From contig NC_057718.1 of assembly GCF_004010195.1 (NCBI RefSeq), positions 75,931,843-75,993,842 of the forward strand: a stretch of DNA of 62,000 bases. The letters run 5' to 3'. Shown here piece by piece: positions 12,801 through 26,610 of the stretch. The notes below the pieces were generated by a model. The model was not told the origin of the DNA. It searched no databases and saw only the letters and a list, made by a program, of their open reading frames with translations. Origin of the DNA: Chiloscyllium plagiosum. Its lineage: Eukaryota. The translations under genes were made by a program, and so were the position numbers. Position 1 is the first letter of the stretch. The number at the start of each line of letters is the position of its first letter.

Positions 12801-13753
12801 GATGTGATCTAAGGTTCCCCATGGGAGACTGATTAGCAAGGTTACATCTCATGGAATAAAGGGAGAACTAGCCATTTGGATACAGAACTGGCTCAAAGGT
12901 AGAAAACAGAGGGTGGAGGTGGAGGGTTGTTTTTCAGACTGGAGCCTGTGACCAGTGGAGTGCCACAAGGATCGGTGCTGGGNNNNNNNNNNNNNNNNNN
13001 NNNNNNNNNNNNNNNNNNNNNNNNNNNNNNNNNNNNNNNNNNNNNNNNNNNNNNNNNNNNNNNNNNNNNNNNNNNNNNNNNNNNNNNNNNNNNNNNNNNN
13101 NNNNNNNNNNNNNNNNNNNNNNNNNNNNNNNNNNNNNNNNNNNNNNNNNNNNNNNNNNNNNNNNNNNNNNNNNNNNNNNNNNNNNNNNNNNNNNNNNNNN
13201 NNNNNCACTGTTGGAATATTGTGTGCAATTCTGGTCTCCTTCCTATTGGAAAGATGTTGTGAAACTTGAAAGAGTTTAGAAAAGATTTACAAGCATGTTG
13301 CCAGGGTTGGAGGATCTGAGCTACAGGGAGAGGCTGAACAGGCTGGGGCTGTTTTCCCTGGAGCATCGGAGGCTGAGGGGTGACCTTATAGAGGTTTACA
13401 AAATTATGAGGGGCATGCATAGGATAAATAGACAAAGTCTTTTCCCTGGGATCGGGGAGTCCAGAACTAGAAGGCATAGTTTTAGGGTGAGAGGGGAAGA
13501 TATAAAAGAGATCTAAGGGGCAACTTTTTCACGCAGAGAGTGGTACGTGTATGGAATGATCTGCCAGAGGAAGTGGTGGAGGCTGGTACAATTGCAACAT
13601 TTAAGAGGAATTTGGATGGGTATATGAATAGGAAGGGTTTGGGGGGGGATATGGGCCAGGTGCTGGCAGGTGGGACTAGATTGGGTTGGGATATCTGGTC
13701 AGCATGGACGGGTTGGACCGAAGGGTCTGTTTCCATGCTGTATGACTATGACT
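9831..13753 (+). mobile_element. Near-full-length CR1-clade LINE (HER1-like), inactivated
   Basis: ORF1 at ~10119-11050 has CxxC...CxxC, a coiled coil and SGNH esterase motifs (VLGDS, VHIGTND, DGLHLN). ORF2 at ~11130-13630 has APE (YYRPP, DFNFP, SDHN) and RT (PGNYRPVSLTS, GVPQGSVL) motifs. The 3' tail is (ATGACT)n. Stops and frameshifts are present, with an N-gap at 12983-13205. Confidence 0.93.
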
Positions 13754-13929
13754 ACAGACAATTAATGCAGGTGTTGTTCACATAAATTCCCTCTTCGAAT
13801 CAGGTCTTATTCTGTATGTGTCAAAGTTCATCATTCAGTGGTTGGCTTTCCAACAACCCATGAGACAAGCTATCAATAATTTACTATCTGACATGTAGCC
13901 AGTTAAGTAACACTATATTATAATCTTCA

Positions 13930-14232
<303 letters not shown>

Positions 14233-14439
14233 TCAAGGACATATTATCAAAAAAGAAACATGCACACAATCGGTCCAGAATGTTTAAGCCAAAACTATAA
14301 TATGCATGCAAACTGGCACATCAATTTCTCATGCACACACCAAGAAATAAATAATATATTTGCCTGAACTGAAACTCTTTAAGAAGCTAGATACACTGAC
14401 AATCATTTGTAATACTTAGCAGTTTTTACATTGTTTCTG

Positions 14440-15147
14440 CTTTGGATTTCTGTGCCTTCAAAACATTTCCACTTGCTTCCAATTCCCGTTCCTGTGATTT
14501 AATCTATAATACCAAAGTATCTGCTTTGACAAAGCACGTTTGATTTACCATGCACATGAGGAAATTCAGATCAAAATATTCCCCATGCACTTTCCACAGG
14601 CATTAAAAAATTTCTTGCTAAAATGCCCTTATCTATCTGTAAATGTTGCAATTAGCTTGGACATTAAGTGTACAATTTTTTTTAAGAGCTCATTTCTATG
14701 AAAATAAAGGGAGAAGCAGTGTTTGCTAAGTGATACAAAATTCAAATTCATGACAGATAATGATGAGTGCAAGGTGACAAATTAAAGTGCAAGATATCAA
14801 CACACATTTCCCTAGGAAAAGCATGATTCAATAATGCTATTTACACTTGACGTTTCAAATGCAAAGTCAACAAATGATCACTTATCTTCTCTAAACTCTA
14901 CCACAGATCACTGCATCACCCTTGATGTCTCTCCACAACTGTCCACTTCAATGGCAGCTCTATGATCAGACTCTCAGATACACAAATTATTTCTCCTCCT
15001 CTACTTTGGATACTGTGCCTTCAAAACATTTCCACTTGCTTCCAATTCCTGTTCCTGTGATTTAATTCATAATACCCAAGTACCTGTTTTGACAAAGCAC
15101 ATTTGATTCACCATGCACATGAGGAAATCCAGATCAAAATATCTCCA
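14440..15147 (+). repeat. Pair of ~145-bp direct repeats (14440-14585 and 15004-15147)
   Basis: Direct alignment by eye, roughly 90% identical. Confidence 0.9.
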
Positions 15148-15387
15148 AAGAATCCAAAATTCCATTCCATATATAACAAATTCATGAAATCAGATTCCAC
15201 ATCTCTCACCCCATCTCCGTTCCAGCCCCACTTCTCATTAATATCAGATTTGCTTCTACACTCAGTCCATCACCGCAGGATTTTGATGTAGTCAGTTCTG
15301 TTCAGCTCCCATTCGTCTTGATAACATCTATCTTAAATGAGATGCTATCCAATCGCTAGTCTAGCTTTGTTTTCTTTCAACCAGTTA

Positions 15388-16207
15388 TCAAAACTGCAGA
15401 ACTGGGCAGAGAGGTGGCAAATGGAGTTTAATGCAGAAGAGTGTGAGGAGATTCACTTTGGAAGGAGTAACAGGAATGCAGAGTATTGGGCTAATGGTAA
15501 GATTCTTGGTAGTGTAGATGAGCAGAGAGATCTCGGTGTCCAGGGACATAGATCCTTGAAAGTTGCCACCCAGGTTGATAGGATTGTTAAGGCGGCCTAT
15601 GGTGTGTTAGCTTTGATTGGTAGAGGGATTGAATTTCGGAACCATGAGATCATGCTGCAGCTGTACAAATCCCTGGTGCTGCCACCTTTGGAGTATTGCG
15701 TACAGTTCTGGTCACCGCATTATAGGAAGGCTATGGAAGCTTTGGAAAGGGTTGAGGAGATTTTCTAGGATGTTGCCTGTTATGGAGGGAAGGTCTTATG
15801 AGGAAAGGCTCAGGGACTTCAGACTGTTTTCGTTAGACAGAAGATTGAGAGGTGACTTAATTGAGACGTAGAAGATAATCAGAGGGTTAGCTAGGGTGAA
15901 CAGTGAGAGCCTTTTTCCTCGGATGCTGATGGCTAGCACGAGAGGACATATCTTTAAATTGAGGGGAAATAGATGTAGGACAGATGTCCGAGGTAGTTTC
16001 TTTACTCAAAGGGGTAGTAGGGGCATGTATTGCACTGCCTGCAACAGTAGTAGATTTGTCAACTTTAAGGGCATTTAAGTGATCATTGGATAGGCATATG
16101 GACAAGAATGGAATAGTGTAGGTTAGATAGGCTTCAGATTGGTTCCACAGGCGGGCGCAACATCAAGGACTGAAGGGCCTACTGCACGGTCGTCATGTTC
16201 TACATTC
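15388..16207 (+). mobile_element. CR1 LINE 3' fragment
   Basis: WAERWQMEFN...HFGR and LEYCVQFWSP motifs, plus 3' UTR. Confidence 0.9.
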
Positions 16208-16425
16208 ATTATTTCACTTCTTCAAGAATGGGGACATTCATCCACCCTCAAAACACACCTATGTAAAAAGAGTGCAAAACACATACGGTAATGTCTCGAT
16301 TAGAAAATACAAAAAAAGTCTTCTAGATGGAGAAATGTCAACTGCATTTACCTTCCTGAATTTCTCTCTATCAAGCAACTGTTTTCAAAAAGACAAGGTG
16401 GCTTTTAAACAGAAAAAAGGCAGGC

Positions 16426-16817
16426 TTGCATTTATATAGAGGTTTTCACGACCACCAGGCATCTTAAAATGCTTTACAATCAATTAAGAACTTTTGCAAT
16501 GCTGTTACTCTTTGAAGGTTGGAAATTCAGCCGCCAAATCGCACTGAGCAAATCCCCACAACAGCAAGGTGACTGAAAATAGATAAGCTGGTCATTATGA
16601 TCTTGAAGGAGGGATATATTTTGACAAGGATACCACAGATAACTCTCCTGCGTTTTATTTTGCATCCAGCTGAGGGGGCAGGTGGGACCTAGGTATAATG
16701 GCTCTTCTGAAAGACAACACACCCAAGAGTGCAGCATCCCTCATGTTTAACCCCTGGAATGGGAACTGAATCTGAAACCTTGTGATTCATAGATGAAAGT
16801 GCTACCCACTGAGTCAG
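16426..16817 (-). mobile_element. Deu-domain SINE (SacSINE1/AmnSINE1-like), diverged
   Basis: The minus strand has a tRNA-like head (tgactcagtgggtagcactttc), a Deu-like core (gtctttcagaagag...cccacctgccccctcagctggatgcaaaa) and a tail ending cgtgaaaacctctatataaatgcaag. Confidence 0.7.
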
Positions 16818-19244
16818 GACTGATATGTGCAGGGCATGTGATTCTCGTAAATTCTTTGCCCTCGACTTTGATGATCAATTCAGAACTTTCACTTTGGATT
16901 CCATTTTTTGTTAAAAATGGCACAATTTTTGAAAACAAATTTAAAAACATATTCAAATACAAACAAGCTTTTACAAGACAAAAAAAAACTCCTCTTGCTG
17001 TTGTATAGCCCAGCACAATGGCACAATACTGTCTATACCTCAAATATTCATCTCATCAGCTTTCAACTGCAGCTGATGTTTGACATACAAGTCATCTTGC
17101 CTGCTTCCATCTCCAACAAAATGCCAAAATAAAAAGACCACCACTAAAGTAAATAAATAAGAAACTACTACTAAACACTTACTACAGAATTTACCCCTTA
17201 CCATGTTGGCATAAACCAAACAAAAAAAAAACTAATCTAGTGGAAAGATCAATGCATGCAACGACAACTACACCACACAGGAGTGATGTAAGCATCTGCA
17301 AATGTATTGACTGACAGACAGTTACATCATACAAACTTCAGATACATGAGAAACAAAACTGATCACCTCTTCTTCCTGATATTTAAAAGGGGAAAGAAAA
17401 TAAGATGATTTTACTTCAGTAACATTGTTTCATTTAAAACAGATTCATGTCATTTGCATGTGAATTTATTGCAGTGAATTATATCACATAAGCTGCTATC
17501 GTGCCAAGAAATGGTCTCTCTCATGGAGAGGACATCAAACAAGATACAAATGGGATGAGTAATAAAAACAAGATCAACTAAATCAGGCCACAACACAAAA
17601 TTGATTCAATCCCTCCCACTCAAAACCTAAAAAAATTGAACATTTTCTAAGGTACAGACACCAGAGGTCTGTTTCCATGCTGTATCACTCTATGATGTCA
17701 GAAAGGTTTTTAATATTGATTAAAAACTGACGACGAAACATGACCTCCTAAAATTGGTTCCACATTGAGCAAAACTGATACAGAATAATCTGGTAAAGTT
17801 GTTTTCTTGAACTGATAAGTAGTCAGCAGAAATTGCAAATGGAATTTCAATGAAAATTATTCTGCATAACTAAAATTGAACAGTGAAAACTTTCCAAATT
17901 ATAAATTGTCAACAGCATTGTATGTGTTGATTGATGAGGTGTGACATTTAGGTAATGGAGACAAAGAAGCATATTCAATATTAGCTGGATACAATGAATA
18001 ACTATGGATTCCGAGACTAGCACCAGCAGAGGTGCTGAGGGCTAATGCAACAGAGAAAAAAAAAATCAGTGAGCAAATTACTCCAGACTTGTTAAGAATT
18101 CTGTTGAGCTTGTTGCTGTATGTAATAGTTGTTAGCAGGCTTACAGCTATTAGAACAAGATACAGAAATTACTACTCAACATGATATACACACCTACTCT
18201 CACACAGTGCTACATTCATCAAAATGTCAGAAAATGCATCAGATGTTCAAAGGTATAATTACATTCAGTGAAACAAACAAGACAGAACACAATCGACAGA
18301 TGCCATGAAAATTGAAGATGTTAAGTCATACTCAAGTTAAATACGTTTTTTTTTTACAGAATGATTTGAAAATATCACAGCACAATACACTAATTCTTGT
18401 ACTGCAGATTAATAGCAAATATTGAGCATTACATATAATCATTCCATTTTCTCTCCAGATAAAACCATTTCAATTCTCTTTGGCAATGTATATCATAATA
18501 AAGCAACAACTGCTTTTCCCTTACCCAAACACTGATAAAACCCACTCAGCAGACCTATGACTGTCAACTGCTCAAGTTCAGTGTTCAGTTTCTACACAGT
18601 ATCCTCTCGTTCATACAACTGGGATATTGCAATCAGAGATTAGTTCAATCTTTCACCTTCAGTGATGTGAGGAAATAACCTTTCCTCATCTCTGGAAATT
18701 AGGCCAAGCCGAACAAAACTTAACTGCTGGACATGCCCTTTCCCCCAAAACTTTAGTCAGACTCTGAATTTATCCCTGGTCTCTTACTAAATCAACCAAT
18801 CCCTCATCAGTGACCAACCTCTTCTGTCTGAGCACGTCATTTTTTGAGACCAGATAACTCATTCAGCCTCCTGAACCCATTCCACCACCCAATGTCTTTA
18901 CTCTCCATTTACCTACCTTAGTTCCATACTAACATTTGTACTGTACAAAGCTAAAATTTATGCAAATGATCTCAATACCTTGCAATGTTTCTTTAAATAT
19001 TCTGCTGTTGCTCAACAGCATTCTAAAACAGAGCAACAAAATTTAACCTGTACACAAGGTGTTCTCACACTTCTGAATAGCTTAACAAATTTTGAGCACT
19101 TATTGGGTCATGGGTTTCAAAGATTAAAATTAAAAGATGTGCTGTCTGAAAATTTAAACTTAACCAGCATGCAGCCGATGGGACGTACTGTGCCAGCTCC
19201 CTGCTAGAGGCAGGCGCAAATTTCACCATGTATTAGTACTTTAC

Positions 19245-19325
19245 CTGTGGGCTCTTGCGATTCTGTAGAATCCGTTTGTCCGATTCCTTGTTGGCAAAGT
19301 ACCTGGTGCACCCCCGACTCAGATA
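19245..19325 (-). CDS. MYO6: MYO6 exon 10 equivalent (insert-1), [27 protein letters not shown]
   Basis: 81 nt; tgtag acceptor, gtaaag donor; myosin VI-specific insert-1. Absent from the ORF track. Confidence 0.96.
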
Positions 19326-19883
19326 CTACAGCAGAGAGATGAATTTAGCACAAGAGAGAGATGTTTTATCAAAATAAATGAACAATAAAACAAAACAAAT
19401 TCATCCAAGGAGGAAAGAAAATCAAAACTTATAGCAGTTGATTTGTCTAATGACCATTGGACTAAACCTCAGTGGTAACCTGCCTCATTTAAACAAAATG
19501 CATTTTCTCACAAACAAAGCTCTCTGTCAATGTATATCGATCTCAGAGCTTAGTTTTCTTATTCTTTAAGTGACTGTTGACTCAAAAACGTTCTTGGTTA
19601 AAGCAGTCTTATCTGGCATCCCTGGATCGCAGAACAGTTATTGTCTACAGGATTACATTCAACCCATTAATAGTCACCTTTCAACTGGAACTGAAAGGAA
19701 ATTCCACATCTGAAAGCGAAGAGGGATGGAGCACAAAAGTTTAATATATGATCATCAAACAATTAGAGGTTTTAAACAAACAAAATGCTTACACGACATC
19801 GCAACCTCACCAATTCAAGCAAACTTTCGAGCACAACAGGTCGAGTATTCAATCAGTGCAAATGTTAGAGGTTAGACAAATGG

Positions 19884-21015
19884 AACATGGAACATAGAAA
19901 AATACAGCGCAGTACAGGCCCTTTGGCCCTCGATGTTGCGCCGATCCAAGCCCACCTAACCTACACTAGCCCACTATCCTCCATATGCCTATCCAATGCC
20001 TGTTTAAATGCCCATAAAGAGGGAGAGTCCACCACTGCTACTGGCAGGGCATTCCATGAACTCACGACTCGCTGAGTAAAGAACCTACCCCTAACATCTG
20101 TCCTATACCAACTCCCCCTTAATTTAAAGCTATGCCCCCTCGTAATAGCTGACTCCATACATGCAAAAAGGTTCTCACGGTCAACCCTATCTAAACCCCT
20201 AATCATCAAGTCACCCCTAAACCTTCTTTACTCCAATGAAAACAGTCCCAAGTGCCTCAGCCTTTCCTCATACGACCTTNNNNNNNNNNNNNNNNNNNNN
20301 NNNNNNNNNNNNNNNNNNNNNNNNNNNNNNNNNNNNNNNNNNNNNNNNNNNNNNNNNNNNNNNNNNNNNNNNNNNNNNNNNNNNNNNNNNNNNNNNNNNN
20401 NNNNNNNNNNNNNNNNNNNNNNNNNNNNNNNNNNNNNNNNNNNNNNNNNNNNNNNNNNNNNNNNNNNNNNNNNNNNNNNNNNNNNNNNNNNNNNNNNNNN
20501 NNNNNNNNNNNNNNNNNNNNNNNNNNNNNNNNNNNNNNNNNNNNNNNNNNNNNNNNNNNNNNNNNNNNNNNNNNNNNNNNNNNNNNNNNNNNNNNNNNNN
20601 NNNNNNNNNNNNNNNNNNNNNNNNNNNNNNNNNNNNNNNNNNNNNNNNNNNNNNNNNNNNNNNNNNNNNNNNNNNNNNNNNNNNNNNNNNNNNNNNNNNN
20701 NNNNNNNNNNNNNNNNNNNNNNNNNNNNNNNNNNNNNNNNNNNNNNNNNNNNNNNNNNNNNNNNCTACCATGGGGAATCTTATCAAACGCCTTACTAAAA
20801 TCCATATATACCACATCTACCGCTTTACCCTCGTCTACGTCCTTAGTCACCTTCTCAAAGAATTGAATAAGGTTTGTGAGGCACGACCTGCCCTTCACAA
20901 AACCATGCTGACTATCCTTGATCACATTATTCCTATCCAGATGTTCATAAATCCTATCCCTTACAATTCTCTCTAAGACTTTGTCCACAACAAAAGTGAG
21001 ACTCACCGGCCTATA
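19884..21015 (-). mobile_element. CR1 LINE 3' portion (young), containing N-gap 20280-20764
   Basis: YRPVSLT...QHGFVKGRSCLTNL...YMDFSKAFDK motifs, C-terminal TRGH...FFTQRVV..WN, and the tail at 19884. Confidence 0.92.
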
Positions 21016-21124
21016 GAAACAATAGTTCAATTTCTGGAGCAACATCAGCAGAATAACACAGAGGCTGCTCTGATTTCGACCACTAATTCCTCAAACACAA
21101 GTAGCAAAATTATCACGAAATGCC

Positions 21125-24100
21125 AAGAGTTACATGGATAGCACATTTGGAGAGGTGGTCACACCACAGCTCCAGCGACTAGAGGAAGGGAGGGAATGGG
21201 TGACCACTAGACAACCAAGAGCGAGCAGGCAGATAGTGCAGAAATCCATAGGGGTCCCATTCACTAACTGTATTCCATTTTGGAAGCTGACAAGGTACCT
21301 CGGAGGCATGCAGACAGGGCTAGACATATGGTACCACAAGCAGCTTGACTGTAAGGGGGGGGTGGAATTGGAAGAGAAGGTGGAGGAGGGTAGAGCCATA
21401 CTGATAGGGAATTGTTTATTCTGTGGGGTGGGGGTGGGGGGTGCAGACAGGCATTTCCGCAGCCAAAGACGGGAGCCCAGAATGACGTCTTGTCACCCTG
21501 GTGCCACAATCAGAGATATCACTGAATGGCTGCAGGGTATCCCAAAAGGGGAGCATCATGAGTTGGAGGTTATGACACATATTGATACCAATGATATGGA
21601 TAAAGTGAAGAAGAATGGGGTTTTGTAATGAAAATTCAGGGAGCTCTTCAGGAGATTAAAAAGGACTTCAGTGGCTGTAATCTCCAGATTACTCCTATTG
21701 CTAAACGTGCTAGCAAGTTTAGCAATAGGAAAGTAAGTTGGATGAAAGTGTGGCTCAAGAGTTGGTGCAAGAGGGAGGGTTTTAGATTCCTGGATCACTG
21801 GGAGCATTTCTGGTGAAGTTAGAACATGTACAAACGGGACAGTCTGCACCTGAACCACACTGGGACCAACATCCTTGCTGGTAGGTTTGTTAGTGCTGTT
21901 GGGAAGAGTTTAAACCAGTCTGGAAGAGGGAGGGAACACAGAATATCAATGAAACAGACATCAAGGAAGCGAGTCACAGTGAGTTCAGCTATCTTGAGTG
22001 TCAAGCTCAAAAGTCACAAGACACCAGGTTATAGTCCAAAAAGGTTTATTTGAAATCACAAGCATTGAGTGCTGCTTCTTTTGTCAAGTGAACTGACTTC
22101 ACCTGGCGTCTTTTGACTTCAAGTTTTGCCCACTCCAGTTCAACACCAGCACATCCATATCTTCAGTGTCAAGAGAAGACGACAAGACTGGATGGTGTTT
22201 AATGCTAGGAATGCAATAGGTAAGACTGATGGTGTGAATTGACACGTGGAAGTATGATACTGTTGCAAGAAACATGGTTGAGGGAAGGGCCAAACTAGTA
22301 ACTCAACACTCCAGGGTGTAGGATCTTTCGGTGAGACGGAAGAGGATGTAAAAAGGGTGGCGGTGTAGCACTATTAATTAAGTGTCAATAAGGAGAGATA
22401 ATACTTTAGAAAAGGTCCCCAAATGAGGCATTATTGGTACAATTTAGGAGTGGAAAAGAGAGGAACAAATATGTAGACAGTTTGCATAGGTGTCTGGTAA
22501 TTATACTAAAGGATTTCAATTTTCCCAACATAAATTTGGATACTCATAGTGCTATGAGCTTTGGAGGGTGTGGGGAGGAGAATTTCTTGAAATGTATCCA
22601 GGGGAGTTTTTTGTATCAATATATAGAAGGCTCAATAAAGGATGGCATAGTGCTGGATCTGGTTCTGGGGAAAGAAGCTAGCCAAGCGTTCGATGTGGCA
22701 TTGGGGGAATGTTGTAGCGAAAGCAACCACAACACAGTACGGTTCCACTTTGTTCTGGACAAGAAAAAAAGATGGCCTGTAAAAGATGGCTGTGCATTGG
22801 GGCTAGGCAGACTTTATTAAAATATAACAGGATCTGGCCACAGTACACTGGGAACAGTTCGAGGGTAATCTACAGTGGAGCAATGAGGGGCATTCAGAAA
22901 GGAGCTGGGGAAAGAGTACAGGTCAAACATGTACCCTTTAGAAGGAAACGTAGGAGCAATAAGTTCCTTATCCAGGGTTCTCTGAAGAATAGGGCTTTTA
23001 GCAAGACCAAAGGGAACAATTCAGCTGCAGCCAGAGAGGAATACAGGAAGTACTGGATGGAACTTAAGAAAGCAATTAGAAGAGCAAAAAGGGGGCATGA
23101 AAAATACTTTGCTCGCAGGATTAGGGAGAATCCCAACATATTTTATAAATACATTAAAGGTAAGAGGTTAACCAGGGACAGGGTAATACCCATTAGGGCC
23201 ATGAGGGTGACTGGTGTGTGAAGCTGCAGGATATTGGAAAGGTGTTCTCTTTGATCTTTTCTCTAGGAAAAAAATGTATGTATAGAATTCAGGAGAAGGG
23301 ACTGTTAGGAATTTGCATATAGGATATGGGGAGATATTGGAGGCTTGGTCAGGCTTAAAAATGGGCAAATCCCCTGGAACAGATCAATTGCATCCCAGGT
23401 TGCTATGGGAGGTGAAGCAAGAAAATTGCAGAGGCTCTAATACAAATTTTTAAATTCCTCTCTTGCCTCAGGGGGAAATGCCAGAGGACTGGAGGATGGT
23501 TAAAGTGGTTCCACTTCTCAAGACGTGTAGCAGAGATGAACCAGGAAAATACAGACTGGTGAGTCTCACATCAGCGCTAGGGAAACTACTGGAGAAAATT
23601 CTGATGGAGTGAATTAATACCCACTTGGAAAAGCAGGAGTTAATTAGGGACAGTCAGCATGGCTTTGTCAGAGGGAGGTCATGCCTAACAAATTTGCTGG
23701 AATGTTTTGAAAATGTGATCAAGTGTATGGATGAGGGAAGTTCAATTTATGTAGGTTATACAAATTTTAGCGAAGCTTTTGACAAAGTCCCACATGTGAA
23801 GCTGCAAGATATTGGAAGGGATTTCTCTTTGATCTTTACTCTGGAAAAGAAAGTATTTATAGAATTCAGGAGAAGGGATTATGAGGAACGTGCATACAGG
23901 AAATGGGGAGGTATTGGAGGCTCGGTCAGGTTTAAAAATGGGCAAATCCCCTGGAACAGATGAATTGATAAGGTTAAATCATATGAAGTTGAGGGAAACT
24001 TGGGGAGATGGATCAGAAACTGGCTTAGTATAGGACACAAAAGGGTAGTGGTAGAAAGCTGTTTGAGTGCCGGGAGGCAGATGTCCAGTGTTGTACCACA

Positions 24101-25270
24101 AGTATCAGTACTGGGACCATTACTGTATGTTATTTACATAGATGATATAGATGAAAAATGGGGGGGGGGGGGGGGGGATGTTAAGCAAATTTGCAGATGA
24201 CACCAAGATTGTAGAGTGGCTAATAGTGAATAAAATGGTTGGAGGTTACAGGACAACATAGATGGCTTGATCAGATGGCACTTAAACCTGATAAGTGCGA
24301 GGTGATGCACTTTGGAAGAAGCAACAAGATGAGGGAGTATTTAATGAATAGCAGGACACAGTGTAGCTTAGAGGAACAGAGAGATCTTGGAGATACTCAA
24401 AGGGATCAGAGGGGGTTTACCAGGATGTTGCCTGGCATGGAGAAATTGAGACACAAGGAGACACCAGATAGGCTCGGACTGTTTTCCTTAGAGCAGAGAA
24501 GACAGAGAAGGTTAATGTGATTGAGGTGCATAAGATTATGAATGGTATGGACAGGGTAAAGAGAAAACAGCTGTTCCCCTTGGTTGAGGGGTCAATTACA
24601 AGATGGCACAGGTTTTAGGGTAAGGGGCAGGAGATTCAGAGGGGATTTGGAAAATAACGTTTTCACTCAGTAGGTGGTGGAAATCTGGAATGCACTGCCT
24701 GGGAAGGCAATGGAGGCTGGAAACCTTACCAAACAAAAATAAAATTGTTAAGAACAGAGATTGAACAGACTGGAATTGTGTTCCTTGGAGAAAAGGAGAT
24801 TGAGGGGGGGCATCAATGAGATGTATTTAATAATAAAGGGCATAGCCAGAGTAGACAATAAAGAACATTTCCCCTTGCTAGGCAGTTCAATGACCAAGGT
24901 GGTGATGCAGATAGATATCAGCTAAGAGGCAGGAAGTTTAGAGGAGACGTGAGGAAAAGGTTTTCCACTCAGAAGGTGGCATGAATCTGGCACACTCTGC
25001 CTGTAAATGGTGGTACAAGAAGTCATCCTTTGTCCCTTCAAATCTGTGCTATAAAATAAACTATTCTAATTCCATTTTCCAACACTTGCTCATAAAACCC
25101 CCATAATATTTAAGAAATATTTCGATATGCGTTTGCAATGCCTCAAGGATACAAGGCGATGGAGCAAGTGTTGGAAAATGGAATTAAAACAGTTTGGCGA
25201 TTGTTTTGACCAGCACAGATTACAAGGGACAAAAGGATGATTTCCTGTACTGCAGACCTCTGACTCTATA
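21125..25270 (+). mobile_element. Degenerate long CR1 LINE (ORF1 esterase, APE and RT remnants) plus a second 3' fragment
   Basis: Motifs HIDTND, RDSLHLN, DFNFP, LDLVLG, QHGFVRGRSCLTNL and VPQVSVLGPLL. Contains an internal duplication and a nested fold-back element. Confidence 0.88.
22005..22160. mobile_element. Family C fold-back element (deleted copy) nested between ORF1 and ORF2 of the CR1
   Basis: Shares acaccaggttatagtccaa..ggtttatttgaaatcacaagc and the tail with 30360-30562. Confidence 0.7.
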
Positions 25271-26610
25271 GACATGTCTATGGTAAACAAATGCACACTT
25301 TTTACGAAAATGCTTTTACAAAACTTGTCAATGGACGGCTTAATGTGTACCAGACTAAGAGCATATATTTAGGAGTTTAATTCCTTGAATCTCCAGTAAC
25401 CTGAGGAAAAATGGTGATTCTTTATTTAAAAAAAAGGATTATAAGTAATGGATAGTCCAAACTGCATTTCACTCTCTGTTATCGCACTTTCACCTGCAAG
25501 TGAATGAGGTCCAAACTGAGAAGCGGAAAGCTACAAAAGTCCTTTTACATCAATGAAATATCTATTTAATCGTGCACACAGATACTTCCCTCTTAACTGC
25601 ACAAAATGAATACTTGTTCAATTAAGCAACAAGTCTAATTAGAAAATGACCAAACAAATAAATCTGTAACTCAATAATTACTGAAAAGGCACTTAGACAA
25701 TAATATAGAAAATGAGAACATCTGACAATTATTCATTAAAGTCTTTGAGGAAATCTGAAAGAAACATTGGAAACTTAACAATTCATTATCAGCATGGAAT
25801 AAGAGAACACATTCCCTCTCTCCAACTTCTACTCTAGAACTTGAACTGAGCAAGGGTGCTCCCCCACTTTGTTTTCAGGATGGAGTGAGCGCTACCCCTC
25901 AGTCCTGGATGGAGAGGCACCTCACTAATCTTTCGGATTATCTTCGGGGAGAACATTAAATGCAAATGATACCCAATGCATTTACAAAAAGTGACTTAAA
26001 AGCTTACACACCTACTGCATGAATGAGGTTTACATGTACTGCTAAATCTCTTATTTAGCTCCAGTTACAACAAATACCTGCAAAAAAGCCCAGGCCTAGC
26101 CTGTCTTGATGCAGATGTAACAAAGACAGGCAGCAAAGCAGGCTAGGGTCCAAGAGACCAGATATGTAGATATACCTACGGTGGAGTCTGTGACGGTAGG
26201 TAGGATCTGCAAGAATTAGGCAAATAGAATTCACTTTGATCTCTGCAATCAACATGGTGAGTGGTTGCCATACTATTCCAAAGAGATATCAATGAAGATA
26301 GACTGTGAATTTGACATCTGCCACTAAATACTTAAGGGCAGAACAAGGTGCGTGTCTTGATCAAGAAACTGCAGCACCTTCCATGTTAAAGGAAATCAAA
26401 CATGTGATACTCTGAACTCAAGTGCTTACTCTGTGAACAGCTGCACTCTCTGGGTTTCTGGAAAAGATCTGAACAGAGAGGCCTAATTTTCCAATGAGCT
26501 CTGTAATCCTTTACCCTGCTGGACAATTTCACAACATGAATATTGAAAATTCAAAACCAGAAGAGAAAATAGCTGGGGCTGTACATCATGAAGACAACAA
26601 TTTTGGCACT

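Noticed and set aside
9831..13753. Active autonomous LINE
   Set aside because: ORF1 and ORF2 contain several stops, frameshifts and deletions.
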